Source of the DNA: Octopus bimaculoides
Lineage: Eukaryota
Assembly (NCBI RefSeq): GCF_001194135.2
Contig: NC_068981.1
Location: 143,464,870 to 143,528,869 of the forward strand
Direction of reading: 5' to 3'
Length of the DNA stretch: 64,000 bases
The notes beneath the pieces were generated by a model that worked only from the letters and a program-made list of their open reading frames with translations, ran no database searches and had not been told where the DNA came from. Within the stretch, counting starts at the first letter, position 1. Each line of letters opens with the position of its first letter. Below are positions 1 to 12,140 of this stretch, piece after piece. Position numbers and translations under genes: made by a program.

Positions 1-92
<92 letters not shown>

Positions 93-107
93 AAGTAGTA
101 GTAGTAG
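1..107. repeat. (AGT)n microsatellite
   Basis: Near-perfect AGT trinucleotide run from base 1. Confidence 0.98.
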
Positions 108-795
108 AAAAATTACGTGATAAAAAGTAAACACTGCAAATATATGATTTCGTTCCGAAGAGAAAAGAAGAAAATAAAAAATTCGTTTTCCAACTGATTG
201 AGAAATATTTCTATGATACAGAGATATGTGTATGTTTTCGTTTTTGCCACTTAACTTCTAACAAATTGGAAAACAGAAAGAACCCACATATCAGTCCAAT
301 AAAAATCCTCCAAAATGCCGAAATGGATTCTGAGACATGTTATCAAGAAAAAGAAATACAGGAATCTTTTGTAAAATATTGAAGTAGACATTTTTTTAAT
401 TTTATTTATTTATTTATCCTTAGATTCGTTTGGTTGTTTGTTAAGATTGTTTGTTTGTTTATTGATTTCATTATCTTGGATATTTTCCTCTGAATTCTTC
501 ATTCTTATAACAGAAATCATTGTGGAAGCTTTTTACCTAATTGAGCTGGAAGATGCTGCGCACAAACACTCACACACACATGCACACATACACAGAGACA
601 TACGGACAAATACACACAAGCACGCCCTCCACTCACGCACAGGCATATAAATACATACACACACATACAAACGACACATTAGCGCACAAACACATGCAGA
701 TATATGGTGCACATCTGCGTAATGCATAAATGTTAGATGTTCATGTATGAAGGTTGGTGAGTATCACAAAAATACACATATTTATTCTATGTATA

Positions 796-1583
796 NNNNN
801 NNNNNNNNNNNNNNNNNNNNNNNNNNNNNNNNNNNNNNNNNNNNNNNNNNNNNNNNNNNNNNNNNNNNNNNNNNNNNNNNNNNNNNNNNNNNNNNNNNNN
901 NNNNNNNNNNNNNNNNNNNNNNNNNNNNNNNNNNNNNNNNNNNNNNNNNNNNNNNNNNNNNNNNNNNNNNNNNNNNNNNNNNNNNNNNNNNNNNNNNNNN
1001 NNNNNNNNNNNNNNNNNNNNNNNNNNNNNNNNNNNNNNNNNNNNNNNNNNNNNNNNNNNNNNNNNNNNNNNNNNNNNNNNNNNNNNNNNNNNNNNNNNNN
1101 NNNNNNNNNNNNNNNNNNNNNNNNNNNNNNNNNNNNNNNNNNNNNNNNNNNNNNNNNNNNNNNNNNNNNNNNNNNNNNNNNNNNNNNNNNNNNNNNNNNN
1201 NNNNNNNNNNNNNNNNNNNNNNNNNNNNNNNNNNNNNNNNNNNNNNNNNNNNNNNNNNNNNNNNNNNNNNNNNNNNNNNNNNNNNNNNNNNNNNNNNNNN
1301 NNNNNNNNNNNNNNNNNNNNNNNNNNNNNNNNNNNNNNNNNNNNNNNNNNNNNNNNNNNNNNNNNNNNNNNNNNNNNNNNNNNNNNNNNNNNNNNNNNNN
1401 NNNNNNNNNNNNNNNNNNNNNNNNNNNNNNNNNNNNNNNNNNNNNNNNNNNNNNNNNNNNNNNNNNNNNNNNNNNNNNNNNNNNNNNNNNNNNNNNNNNN
1501 NNNNNNNNNNNNNNNNNNNNNNNNNNNNNNNNNNNNNNNNNNNNNNNNNNNNNNNNNNNNNNNNNNNNNNNNNNNNNNNNNNN
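796..1583. other. Assembly gap. Other N-runs: 6519-6537, 12141-12475, 17994-18104, 18640-18789, 25157-25181, 43544-43724, 46689-47510, 48458-48467, 50805-50814, 62356-63170
   Basis: Runs of n, mostly bordered by (AT)n or other microsatellites, consistent with short-read scaffolding breaks. Confidence 0.99.
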
Positions 1584-1614
<31 letters not shown>

Positions 1615-1822
1615 CAAGAATGTTACAAAATCAGCAAAATCAGCCACTTTGTGTTCGCCTGAAATATATATATATATATTGCGAGCAGATGCGAGCTACT
1701 GCCATCTCTAATAACAAAGAGTGGCAGAAATGGCCCGAAACCAGGTCGGGTCTACTGGTCCCGTCATAGGGGTTGGCTGCCCTGTTTGTAATTGGCACTT
1801 CTACATCCTATAAATTAGTTAA

Positions 1823-2034
1823 AGTAGGGTACGAAAGGCCATTTCTGGGGGTTCACTGCGAGAAAAAATAAAAGGATATAATACCCATTATTTGGCATCC
1901 CACCTTCGTGGTAAGGAGTATTTTGGATGTTGAAAATTGGTTACCCTAAGAAGGGGGAATTGCCAAATTATGGCTATTATAACCCTTTATTTTTCCCGCA
2001 ATGTACTCCCAGAAATGGCCGTTGGTACCCTACT
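1823..2034. mobile_element. Short MITE with ~60-bp TIRs flanked by TTAA (Kolobok-like termini)
   Basis: Left arm 1815-1883 (ttagttaaagtagggtacgaaaggccatttctggg...) is the imperfect reverse complement of 1975-2042 (...cccagaaatggccgttggtaccctactttaactaa). TTAA lies at 1819-1822 and 2035-2038, and the element begins AG and ends CT. Confidence 0.65.
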
Positions 2035-2394
2035 TTAACTAACTTTGACCATTCCGAATTTTAACTTCGCTCCTCATCGTATCTTTTAGTTGTTTCCGTC
2101 ACAGATTTTCTCCAATATTTTTGCATATACACCAATGTTTTAACGTTTTTAGGTCTGTATCCAGCGATTCTTTAAAATCTATTACTTTACACATAAATAT
2201 TTATAATGTATTTATTTACTTGTAGAGCTTTTACTCTTTGTATTTATATATTTTTAATCTATCATGTACAATTGTCCTATCAATCTATCTCTAATCGGAG
2301 TCATGTCTGCAGATTGAATTATCAGGTGTTTTGCTTCTTCGCATTATATATATAGTATAATATAATATAGTATAATATAATATAATATAATATA

Positions 2395-2516
<122 letters not shown>

Positions 2517-3871
2517 TCCTGTATGTGTGAATATCTATGTATCTTAGTAGAAAACATCAAGGGAACCATGATATTGGAGCACAAATGAACAATCTTTGCG
2601 TCCGTTTTTGAGGAAGATGATTCTTTCTTTAACAAAAAGTGTGTGGGAAAAAAGAAAACATTGAAATGGAGAAAATTTTGACGAAACAGTTTTTAAGACG
2701 GTAACAGTATGAAGAAATTGAATGAAATTGAGAAATAATTTACCATCTGTTTTGTTTCCATTCGTCATGCACTTTATTTCTAAATGGGGTCTCCACTGCC
2801 CTCCACAGTAACACGAAACATTTAATGTCTTCTTTTTCTCTTTTCGTTTCTTCTGTCTGTGTTGTACTAAGTTCTATAGTCTATAATGCTGATCTCCCTT
2901 ATTGCGTAAAATTGAATAAATTCCAGCTTTCGTAATACTATAATCTGAAACAAACTGCTATAAATTTCATTTAAAAAAATCATCTCTTCTTCATTCTCTC
3001 TCCTTCTCACCCACCTCATTCTATATCTCTTTCCCTTTTTCTCCCTATCTCCTCCCACGTTTCTCCCACTTTCTCTCCCTCTCTTTCCTATTCCCTTTCT
3101 CTCCTCCCCTCTTTCTCCTTCTCACAATCTCTGTCTATCTCTCTTCCCCTCTCGTCTCTGTCTTTCTCTCTCTTTTTCTCTCTCTCTCTCCTACTAATTG
3201 CATGACTGATAAAAGCTGTTGGAAAACATATCTTCGTCAATGTAATCTATTATGAAGCACTTTAAATTTTGAAGCTACGGAACGGTCAGTTGTTTCTTAT
3301 GCAGTGAAAAAACAGTCCCCTATAAAATAAACAAACTTTCATCACGTTATGAAGTATTTCACCAGTGTAACAACTCTGCACTATGTTCTAAAAGAAGCAG
3401 GTATACTCAGAGTTCATCAATATGTAGATGATAATAACACTCAGAATATGTATTTGCAGTTCCCTTTGAAAATATATATTGAAGACGTAGATAATTCCCA
3501 ACAACGTAACCTAGATAAGTCACATTTATATATATTACAAACTAGAGTGTGAACATATCTGTGAGTCAAACGGTAGACAAAAGTGTTTCCTAAGATATGA
3601 AAAATAAATTTTAAAAACCGATGATATCAGCAGAATTGCATTGGCTACGATCGAAAGAGATCTCTCTAAAGATGTTTTGTATCTAGTGGAAACAGGATTA
3701 AAATATTTCTGTAGTCAAATCGTATTATGTATTAATAATATCAGCTTCTTCATGGAATCGGCGGTTATATGTTGGCATAAGTTAGCTCCCTGTCCCCAGC
3801 AGACGAAATGGAAAAGGCGTTGTACTGGACGATGGTGAAGGAGATGCGCTGAAACAGCTACTCTGACTCAC

Positions 3872-3939
3872 ACTTGTACCCATGTTGTTAGAAGAGAAAG
3901 TAATTTATATACTGTGACACAGCTATGAAGACATGATAC
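3872..3939 (-). other. Candidate 68-nt exon of an unidentified minus-strand transcript
   Basis: Minus strand: acceptor cattttctatttcag|G at 3939 and donor AGT|gtgagt at 3872. Contains AACATGG (ATG at 3883-3881). No homology recognised. Confidence 0.25.
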
Positions 3940-4559
3940 CTGAAATAGAAAATGAGTAAGCAAATGTGGAATACTCTTGATCGTAGGTCTGCATATCAAC
4001 AGCTGACAATACCAACAACTAGTCTACAGGGAAACTTCAATCGTATTTGCATAAAATTAGCTTAGCATGCAAGTTTGTCTCATGTTTTCAACGCCACGAA
4101 TGATCATGCACCTTTTAACACCCGCTTCATTGTTTGCCTTCTACCAACGTTTTCCTTACTTACTTTCTTTTTTCCATTCTTACATCAAAAGCATCATAAA
4201 TATAGTTGATATTGCAAGTTTGTTTTTGAAAGGTATGTGCATTTTTAATGCCAATTTAAACTGGAATTTTTTTTTCTTAATGAAGCAATTAAAGAATTTA
4301 TGTCCGTATTAATAATTCAATCGAATTCAATCGAACAAATTTTTTCAATTTTCTATCATGTTGCAAATAATGACATTGAATAGTTTATGCAACAAGACTG
4401 AGAGACGCAAAATAAATAGGAGTATGTTATCTATACTGACATATATGTTCATCCCCAACATGATTTCTTCAAGAGTGTATTTGAAGCAGACAGGTCAACA
4501 GTAGCACGATTTCCTACAACATGTATGCAATACATACTCTTATACACAGTCATACACCA

Positions 4560-4609
<50 letters not shown>

Positions 4610-5316
4610 TAATTGTTTGTGTGTGTTGTATAAATATATATATGCGCTTACATATATATATATATATGTAAATGTAACTACAATTTTGTGTGTATAATCA
4701 GACATATACATACATGAGTGTATTGAAACGCGTGTGTCTATATGTACATGTTTATATATGTCACTGCATATAAGTAGAAAGGAGTATAAGATATACTTTA
4801 TATTTCAGATTTCCATGGATTTTTTTTCTCTTTATTTTTTCGTCTTCCACGTTTTTGAAATTTTTTTTTATATATTCGCTATTCAATGTCAGAATTCACT
4901 ATTCCTACCGGAACATAAAGTACAGATAAAAATACGTAAAATAGTTTTAATATAATCTGCAATAGAATCGTGTTTCAATGGATAGTATTTTTTAATGAAA
5001 TTCTTATCCAAATGTGTGTGTGCGTGCGTGTGTGTGTGTGTACGCGCGTGTGTGTGTGTCTGTCTGTCTGTCTGTCTGTATGTGTGTGTTTGTGTATGTG
5101 TATTTCTAGGCAGGGGTGTATGCACAATGGAAGCAGTATCTTTTAGAAATGTTTTCAAAATGAGACTGTTCTCGTTACATGCATTTCTGGAGATTTTTTC
5201 TTTCATATTTTCAAAGAATTTATTGCTGTTTGAATAAATTCACAAATCCATCATCAGCATTTGTAGATCATTCTGCACTCATCTTAAGTTTGATGTGATG
5301 TCGGTGTCGGTCGCTG

Positions 5317-5326
5317 CCTTTTTATA
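5317..5326 (-). promoter_or_regulatory. Candidate TATA box (TATAAAAAGG)
   Basis: Consensus TATA on the minus strand in a locally GC-richer patch, followed ~30 nt downstream by CATCACATCAAAC. Motif match only. Confidence 0.25.
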
Positions 5327-6095
5327 GGGGTCACGATCAATGCAACCTGGATCGACATTAACGTCTGAATTTGCATTTTTATTCTTGAATTTATTCGTCA
5401 AAATATAGTTTTATTTTTCATTTCCCATGTTGTCTGTATGATTATTTTTGCTTTCTGCAATTCTTTGAGTATATCTGTCATTAATTTTGTATTTGTGGAA
5501 TTCTCTAGGGTATACACGAGTTAATATGAGATTTATAAACTTCATTGGAAATATTATTATTAACTAACCTATGCTGATTAATAGTAAAGCCACCCTCACT
5601 TTTGCATTTCATTCGGAACAGCATTCGTACAAAGGAAAAGAAAATAAGAGAAGATACCTGGATTTTGGGCTTTACTGAATGTTAAAGAAGTTAAAGTTCC
5701 ATTTTGTAAAATTTCTCACGAGGACAGAAAAGTTTCAAAAAATATCTAGCGGTGATTGCTGGTGGCAGTGAACGAGAATGGGATCAAATGTCAATAGATT
5801 GAAAATAAAGCTCAATGCATTAACATGATAGAAAACACTGTCTGCTTTTCATTTAGGAGGCAAGGGACAGCTATCAATCGATAAGTGCTTCTCCCTCAAT
5901 ATGTCATCAGCATAGCATTATCTCTCTCATCTGCTAGTCACATGTAGACACTTGACATATACAAAAGCAGCAGAGAACATTCCTGGCCAAAACCAATTTG
6001 CGTAATAAAACGAAAATGAAGTTATAATGACACATATAAGCCAGTGACAAGATAAGTAATTCGATGGCGGGTTCTATTTAAAACTTCACTCGCTG

Positions 6096-6100
6096 AGAGA

Positions 6101-6142
<42 letters not shown>

Positions 6143-6225
6143 GAGAGTGAGAGAGAGTGTGAGAGAGAGAGTGTGAAAGAGAGAGAGACTGAGAGAGACT
6201 GAGAGAGAGGGGGAAGAGGAAGAGA
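6096..6225. repeat. (GA)n/(GT)n compound microsatellite
   Basis: Interrupted GA run. Confidence 0.95.
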
Positions 6226-6481
6226 GTGATGGTAAACAAACTCCAGCTGTGATTTTCATTCTCTTATCCAGGAAAGCTTGTATATATGTATGTATGTATG
6301 TATGTACGTATGTAATACAATGTATTTATGTGTGATGTATGCATATTTTTTTTGTATGCATATATGCATATATGCACATACGTGTGTGTGTGTGTGTGCG
6401 TGTGTTTGTGAGTCTGTATTTGCACATGCATGTTTATGTGTAATATTTACATCTGCTATCTCTCTTTCTGTCTCTCTCTTT

Positions 6482-6518
<37 letters not shown>

Positions 6519-7182
6519 NNNNNNNNNNNNNNNNNNNATATGTATATGTATATATATATATCACGTATACATGTATGTATTTATGTATGTATTATGTATG
6601 TATTATATATGTATTATGTATGTATTATGTATGTATTATGTATGTATGTATGTCATTATTCAGTTTATTTCAAGAATGCTTGCCAATAGAGAAAGAATCG
6701 GTTTCTAACCAACATCCAAGGTTCCTTCATAGGAATTTCAACATCAGCAACAGGGTAATTTTGTTTGTATGTATGTATATATGTATGTATGTATGAATGT
6801 ATGTATGTATGTATGTATGTATAATTATGTACAATTAGGAGATAGACAACAATCTCTGTAGATCCATAAACTAGCACTCTGAGATTAAGTCTCTGACACC
6901 ACTACCTCTTACTCAGGAGAACATCGAGGCTGTTATGCATGGATGGATGGAAAAAGAGTTACACCAAGATTTGGATTTTCGCAATTGTATTTTGTATTTT
7001 CTTGGGTAGAAGTAAGCAATTTGTAATGAAGTGCACACGGATCAAGAACACATCGTACTGCCAGACCAAGGAATAAAACCTACAACCAAATGATCGTTGC
7101 TCAATACTCTAACCACTAGGTTATACGCCTGATAAATATATATATATATATATACACACACATAATATATATATAGACATAA

Positions 7183-7412
7183 GGGCGGAGATCTGGCAGA
7201 GTCGTTAGCACGCCGGGGGAAATGCTTAGCAGGAATTCGTCTGCCGTTACCTTCTGAGTTCAAATTCCGCTGAGGTTGACTTTGCTTTTCATCCTTTCGG
7301 GTTCGATTAGATAAGTACCAGTTATGCACTGGGGTCGTTGTAATCGACTTAATCCATTTGTCTGTCCTTGTTTGTCCTCCCTATGTTTAGCCCTCTGTAA
7401 GCAATAAAGAAA
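7183..7412 (+). mobile_element. tRNA-headed SINE, family B (ggcgg-agctggcaga-cgttagcacgccggg...), near full length
   Basis: A-box-like ctggcagagtcgttagc, B-box-like gagttcaaattcc, core tttcatcctttcggg-tcgat...aagtaccag, tail ...gcaataaagaaa. Many homologues elsewhere in the window. Confidence 0.9.
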
Positions 7413-7497
7413 CAGACATGCGTGTGTGTGTGTGTCTATTTATACACGCTTGTTGATGTGGAATATGTCCATCTACTCTCTCTGTTCCTCTTTCTCT

Positions 7498-7556
<59 letters not shown>

Positions 7557-8309
7557 TTTCTGGTTTCTTTTTCTTTTCTTTGCGTTTGTAAAATACAATT
7601 CTGAATACTGGGATCAATATGAAGAGGTGACTTTGTCAGATGTCGTAGTTGATATGTATTCATTGAGTGAACAAGACTTAATCCTATCAGTCATATCTGA
7701 CAACAGTTGTAATCTCCGACGACAGCTGTTTGTGACAGTTATCGAAAAATAATTCACAATCATTCATTTTATATTTTTAGGTGGTATTTCTTTTCGTCTT
7801 CAATTCTTTCTTTTCCCATTCTTTCTGCCTTTTTTTTAGTTCTTAGTTTGGATTATTTTATTTTGGTACATTTCGTAGCTGTTTTTTTTTTTTTTTCTTC
7901 TATCTCTCTCACAGTGGGATTTCTGGCTCAGCTAATGTTGATATGTTGCAATGTTGATTGACTGACTCCCGCTTATGCAAACCCTGCAGTAGAATCATTT
8001 ATATGTCTCTGTGTGTATTTGAATGCCATGATACATATTTGGTCGATCATTATTGACTATTATTATTCCAATCGTTCCAGAAGAATATTGCAAAACAATG
8101 AAATAATAAATAGAAAAAATGCCAATAATATTGATACCAATTTCTTCTTGAGAGAATCTTGCTTGCGGATAGAGCGGGGAAATTAGACAAATGTAAATCT
8201 GATATCACACTCTGCATTGGCATACTACAAATCGCTGTTACAATACAATAATGGTTTAAACATACACAACAATTTAGAGATTAGTTTTGTACTTTACGAA
8301 GCCATAAGA

Positions 8310-8570
8310 TGAAAAGAGGACATTGTTCGATACAATGTAGTTGTGTTATGTGCAGCAACTAAGGCACAATATTAATATATTTGCAACAGTCATACTTTGT
8401 CGATCGTTCATAATGAAGAGATATTCGATATTCTTAAGTTACCTAATTCTTCAGGATTATTGGTTTGAAAAGAAATATGTTGGGAATTTGTTATAAATTC
8501 ATGCGGGCAAAGTAGAAATTGTGTAACGCTAACGCTTTTCTTAAAGGCATTAGCTATGTAATTGGGTAGA
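8310..8570 (+). mobile_element. Possible decayed fragment of a KRBA2/SCAND3-like (GIN/Ginger-type) integrase N-terminal region
   Basis: One frame reads DIVRYNVVV...SIVHNEEIFDILK, recalling the RYDVV...YVH-EE-FDILH motif upstream of the zinc-binding domain in KRBA2-like proteins. Stops present; recalled similarity only. Confidence 0.3.
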
Positions 8571-9034
8571 AGATTATGTGATGTGTTTAAGAAGATGGAA
8601 ACGACTCCTTCAGAGATTCAGTTCGATTCCACTTCACAGGAACACGGTCGATTGTCTTCCACGAAAGAAACCAGCTTGAGTCGATAGACTGTTATGTCAA
8701 ATTGGTAGAAAAATGTGTGTCGAACATAAAATATAGATACGTAAATAAATCCGTAAATATATATCGATGCCTGTAAATATATAAATATGTATATTTGCAT
8801 GCGTGCATTCCCATTGAAGTCGTTCTCCATAGATGTGACATACTTGATGTAGAGCTCGACTCTCAGTTGCCATACGTCTTATCGTGTACACCTGTCCCAC
8901 AGTACAGGATTTGTGCCATTTTAATTGTATATTTCAAAAGAAAGGAATTGAAATCTATTAGAGTGAGGTAAGAATGCTTGATGTTGTTGGTATTTTTTTT
9001 TATTTACCTAATCGTCTAACCTATTGGATATGCC

Positions 9035-10140
9035 CCTCTGTTATATGGTTTTAGATAAGCTCGCGGTACAATAGAAATGGCTTTTTTACAACTCCATGCG
9101 AAATGCATCAAAGTTTGCACAGCTCTTTACCAGGTCTTTGTTGATTTAACAAAAGCCTTCGACGTCGTTAACAGGACCGCTCTCCGTGCAATTCATGTAA
9201 ACTTGGATGTCATCTTCAATTTGTCAGCTTGTTTAAGCAACTGCAAAGAGATATGAAAGCTCGTTTTCGATTCAATGGTTCGCTCTCAGAACCAATTTCT
9301 ATCTATAACGGTGTTAAAAAAGGTAATATTCCTGCCCCAACCCATTTTCTATGTTCTTTGCTGTAACTGTCTCGTAGGCCTTCCACGACTGTAATATTGG
9401 GGTCTACATTAACTTCAGAACTACAGGTAAGTGATTTAATGTAACACACTTGAAGACAATATCGAAAACTTTCCCGGTCATGGTATGTAAGTTCATTTAT
9501 GCTGACAATATGGCTCTCGTGGCACACACCGAAGAAAATATGCTGGCTATAATAGAAATCTTCTCTAGAGCACGCACTGTTTTTGGTCTTAGCTTCAGTC
9601 TGAAAAAGACAAAAATCATTATTTCTCTGCCTCCAGGCCAGCCCTATGATAAACCTCTCGTCTTCGTCCAGGGTACAAGATTGGATGTGGTCATCTCTTT
9701 CGTCTACCCTTACAACACTCTCTCTGGAAATGGATCCAATTCTGAAATAAATCTGAGGATCAAACATTTCAGTAAGGCGTTTGGAATAGTCGAATGTCGT
9801 GTGTGGTCTAAGAGGAGTTTCCCCATCAAAACCAAGCTCAGTGTCTGTGAATTATGCGCGTTAACTGCTCTTTTAAACTCTTCTTAGACTTGGAGAACAG
9901 ATTGTCGTCGCAAGAAAGCCTACATCAAACATACCTTAAACATCAAATAGCAGTTACTAATATAAAACATCGTTATTCTTCCGCAAGCCGATACCCTCAT
10001 AGTGTATATGCTCCGCATACACAGTCAAATGACTGGTTATATAAGCAGTTGTTTCACGTGGAGTTAAACGAGTTAAAAGTCCGAGACATAAACCTCAGAA
10101 ATGTTTTAAGGATGTCGTCAAAAGCAAACTTACCATAATC
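9035..10140 (+). mobile_element. RTE-clade LINE reverse transcriptase remnant (frameshifted, 5'-truncated)
   Basis: Translated pieces YGFR, YQVFVDLTKAFDVVNR (~9143), NGSLSEPISIYNGVKKG, FIYADN (YADD equivalent, ~9498), GLSFSLKKTKI, EINLRIKHFSKAFG are typical of RTE/BovB-like RT. Confidence 0.9.
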
Positions 10141-11824
10141 TTATTGGAAAGAGATATAGCAAATGCAGCTATTGCTTACCAATTGTGATGTATAATATAA
10201 TTTTGAATAATAAAATACGTGACAATTATAACGAAATCATGCACTTCAACCAGAATGTGACCGTTATACCTCTTCTAGTTTCTCTAATTTCGTGAATTTC
10301 CCATAAAAGTAGATATTTTGTGTCAAGGATCACTACGAAAAAGAGATAAGATTTTATTTATCTAATTATATTTCATACAAGATTGAGTTTAAAATATAGT
10401 CGTTCCTTAATATGTTTTCCAATAGTAAAACATGGTTTACTGCATTTTCAAGGCTATTTGTGACACATGATTTTCTGTGTTACTCAAACACAACGTGTAA
10501 AACGCATGTTACTATTAATATTTTTATTTAAAGCAGTCTTTTTATGATTAGATTCACTAATATTCATCTATACTCTACTGATTATAAATATTGACGAAAA
10601 ACTTACAAACCATTTCATTCATTTACTGTAAATTGTTTATTGGTTATGATCTTTATACTGCCACTATGCTACAATACTGCGTCCAAAGGTTTAAGCTATT
10701 ATATGGTGTCTACTACTTTCTCTGAATTTATTTCAGTTCTTATATTAAGTGGCTATTGCGCCATCAGCGGAATTAACAACAAATCATTCGCATATGAATA
10801 CCGCAGTAGAAGTTAATACAATGGTAATCATATGGGCGGAAGCATTTGTCTTATAACTTTTACACCAAGTGGTTATAAGTACAGAGAGAGTTAGACAGAC
10901 AGACAGAGACATACAGACAAACAGACAGACAGAGACAGAGACAGACAGAGAGTCATACACAAACATATGCATGCACCCGTATACATAACTTTGTATTTAA
11001 ATATAGACGGAAAGAAAGCTAGGTAGTAAAAAGATTCCATAAGTTGACCGATCGACTGAACCTTCAACGTTCGTTCGTACTAAGATGCATATGTGTGTGA
11101 GTGCGTGTGTGTATGTGTGTGTAAACGTATATTATATGTGCCTGTGCGCATATATATACACACATGCATGCATTATATAGACTCAGGATGAGCATCAGTT
11201 CAGTTTTCAGCTGAAGCTCAGTTTATTAAAAGGCATTTGACAAGCTGTCTCACAGCGTACGTGAACCCAGGAATCTCTGTGATGCAGTATATTTCTCAAC
11301 CAAGATTGGCCATAGCAGCAATTTTAGGTCGGCAATTCGTTTCAAAATTATTGGTTCAAATCCTGCTGCCTTTGATCGTATTGTACTGTGACGAATTCAT
11401 TTGGCTCTAATCCTCCATATTATAAGAAGTCTTTCTGCATCGTAAAGTGAAATCAATATTTGTTGTTTCATAAAACATTGCATATTTTGAGAAGCTATAC
11501 AGCGGGTGAAATCTATAAGTGCAGATTACTGAATATGAAAAAATGAAAACTATGTTGACATGGGCAAGAATTGAACTCAGTATAGATTAACAGACTTAAA
11601 TAGTCGAAGAAGTATAGACTGATGTTCATTCTTTCTTTATTACCTCATTAATTTTGCAAACAAATTTATTTGTATTTTTCAAGTGATATGATTACAATCT
11701 ACCAGGTGCATTTTATTTTAAGGTGGGTTAAGCCTAGTTGATTTAAGGAAGTTGATCATTAACGAATCTTCGTTCACTGATTAAAGCTCTCTTTGTAATC
11801 CTTGTGAAAATCTTCAATCTGCAG

Positions 11825-11862
11825 GTGTTAAAGTACTCGAGACAAAAAAACATATGAAGAAG
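11825..11862 (+). other. Candidate 38-nt exon
   Basis: Acceptor cttcaatctgcag|G and strong donor AAG|gtaagt. One frame is open ((G)VKVLETKKHMKK). No partner exons identified. Confidence 0.3.
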
Positions 11863-12098
11863 GTAAGTGTAGAATAAATAACAAAGATGTAAGAAAAGGA
11901 AACAAATAGATAAAATAAGAAATTGATAGTGAGAGATAAGCGATAGAATATAGGATTAACATACGTTATGCAATAGGATAAATAACAACTTTATGTCAAA
12001 ATTCTCATTATTGATATCTTTATCAAGCCAAATCTATAGACTTATAGAAGTGGTAACCAGAAAGTCTATCGGTAATGATTCCCGGAAGTGGGATTTGA

Positions 12099-12140
<42 letters not shown>

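Noticed and set aside
747-1662. Long ORFs spanning N-runs (also 11993-12613, 46367-47689, 62208-63343 and others)
   Set aside because: They consist of X residues and microsatellite translations and are artefacts of gaps.
1690-1800. GC-rich hairpins (ctgccatctct...agagtggcag; ggcccga...tcgggtc) next to the TTAA MITE
   Set aside because: No ribozyme core or ncRNA family could be assigned; probably part of an unrecognised repeat.
9420-9435. Strong donor-like cag|gtaagt
   Set aside because: It lies inside the RTE RT remnant and is incidental.
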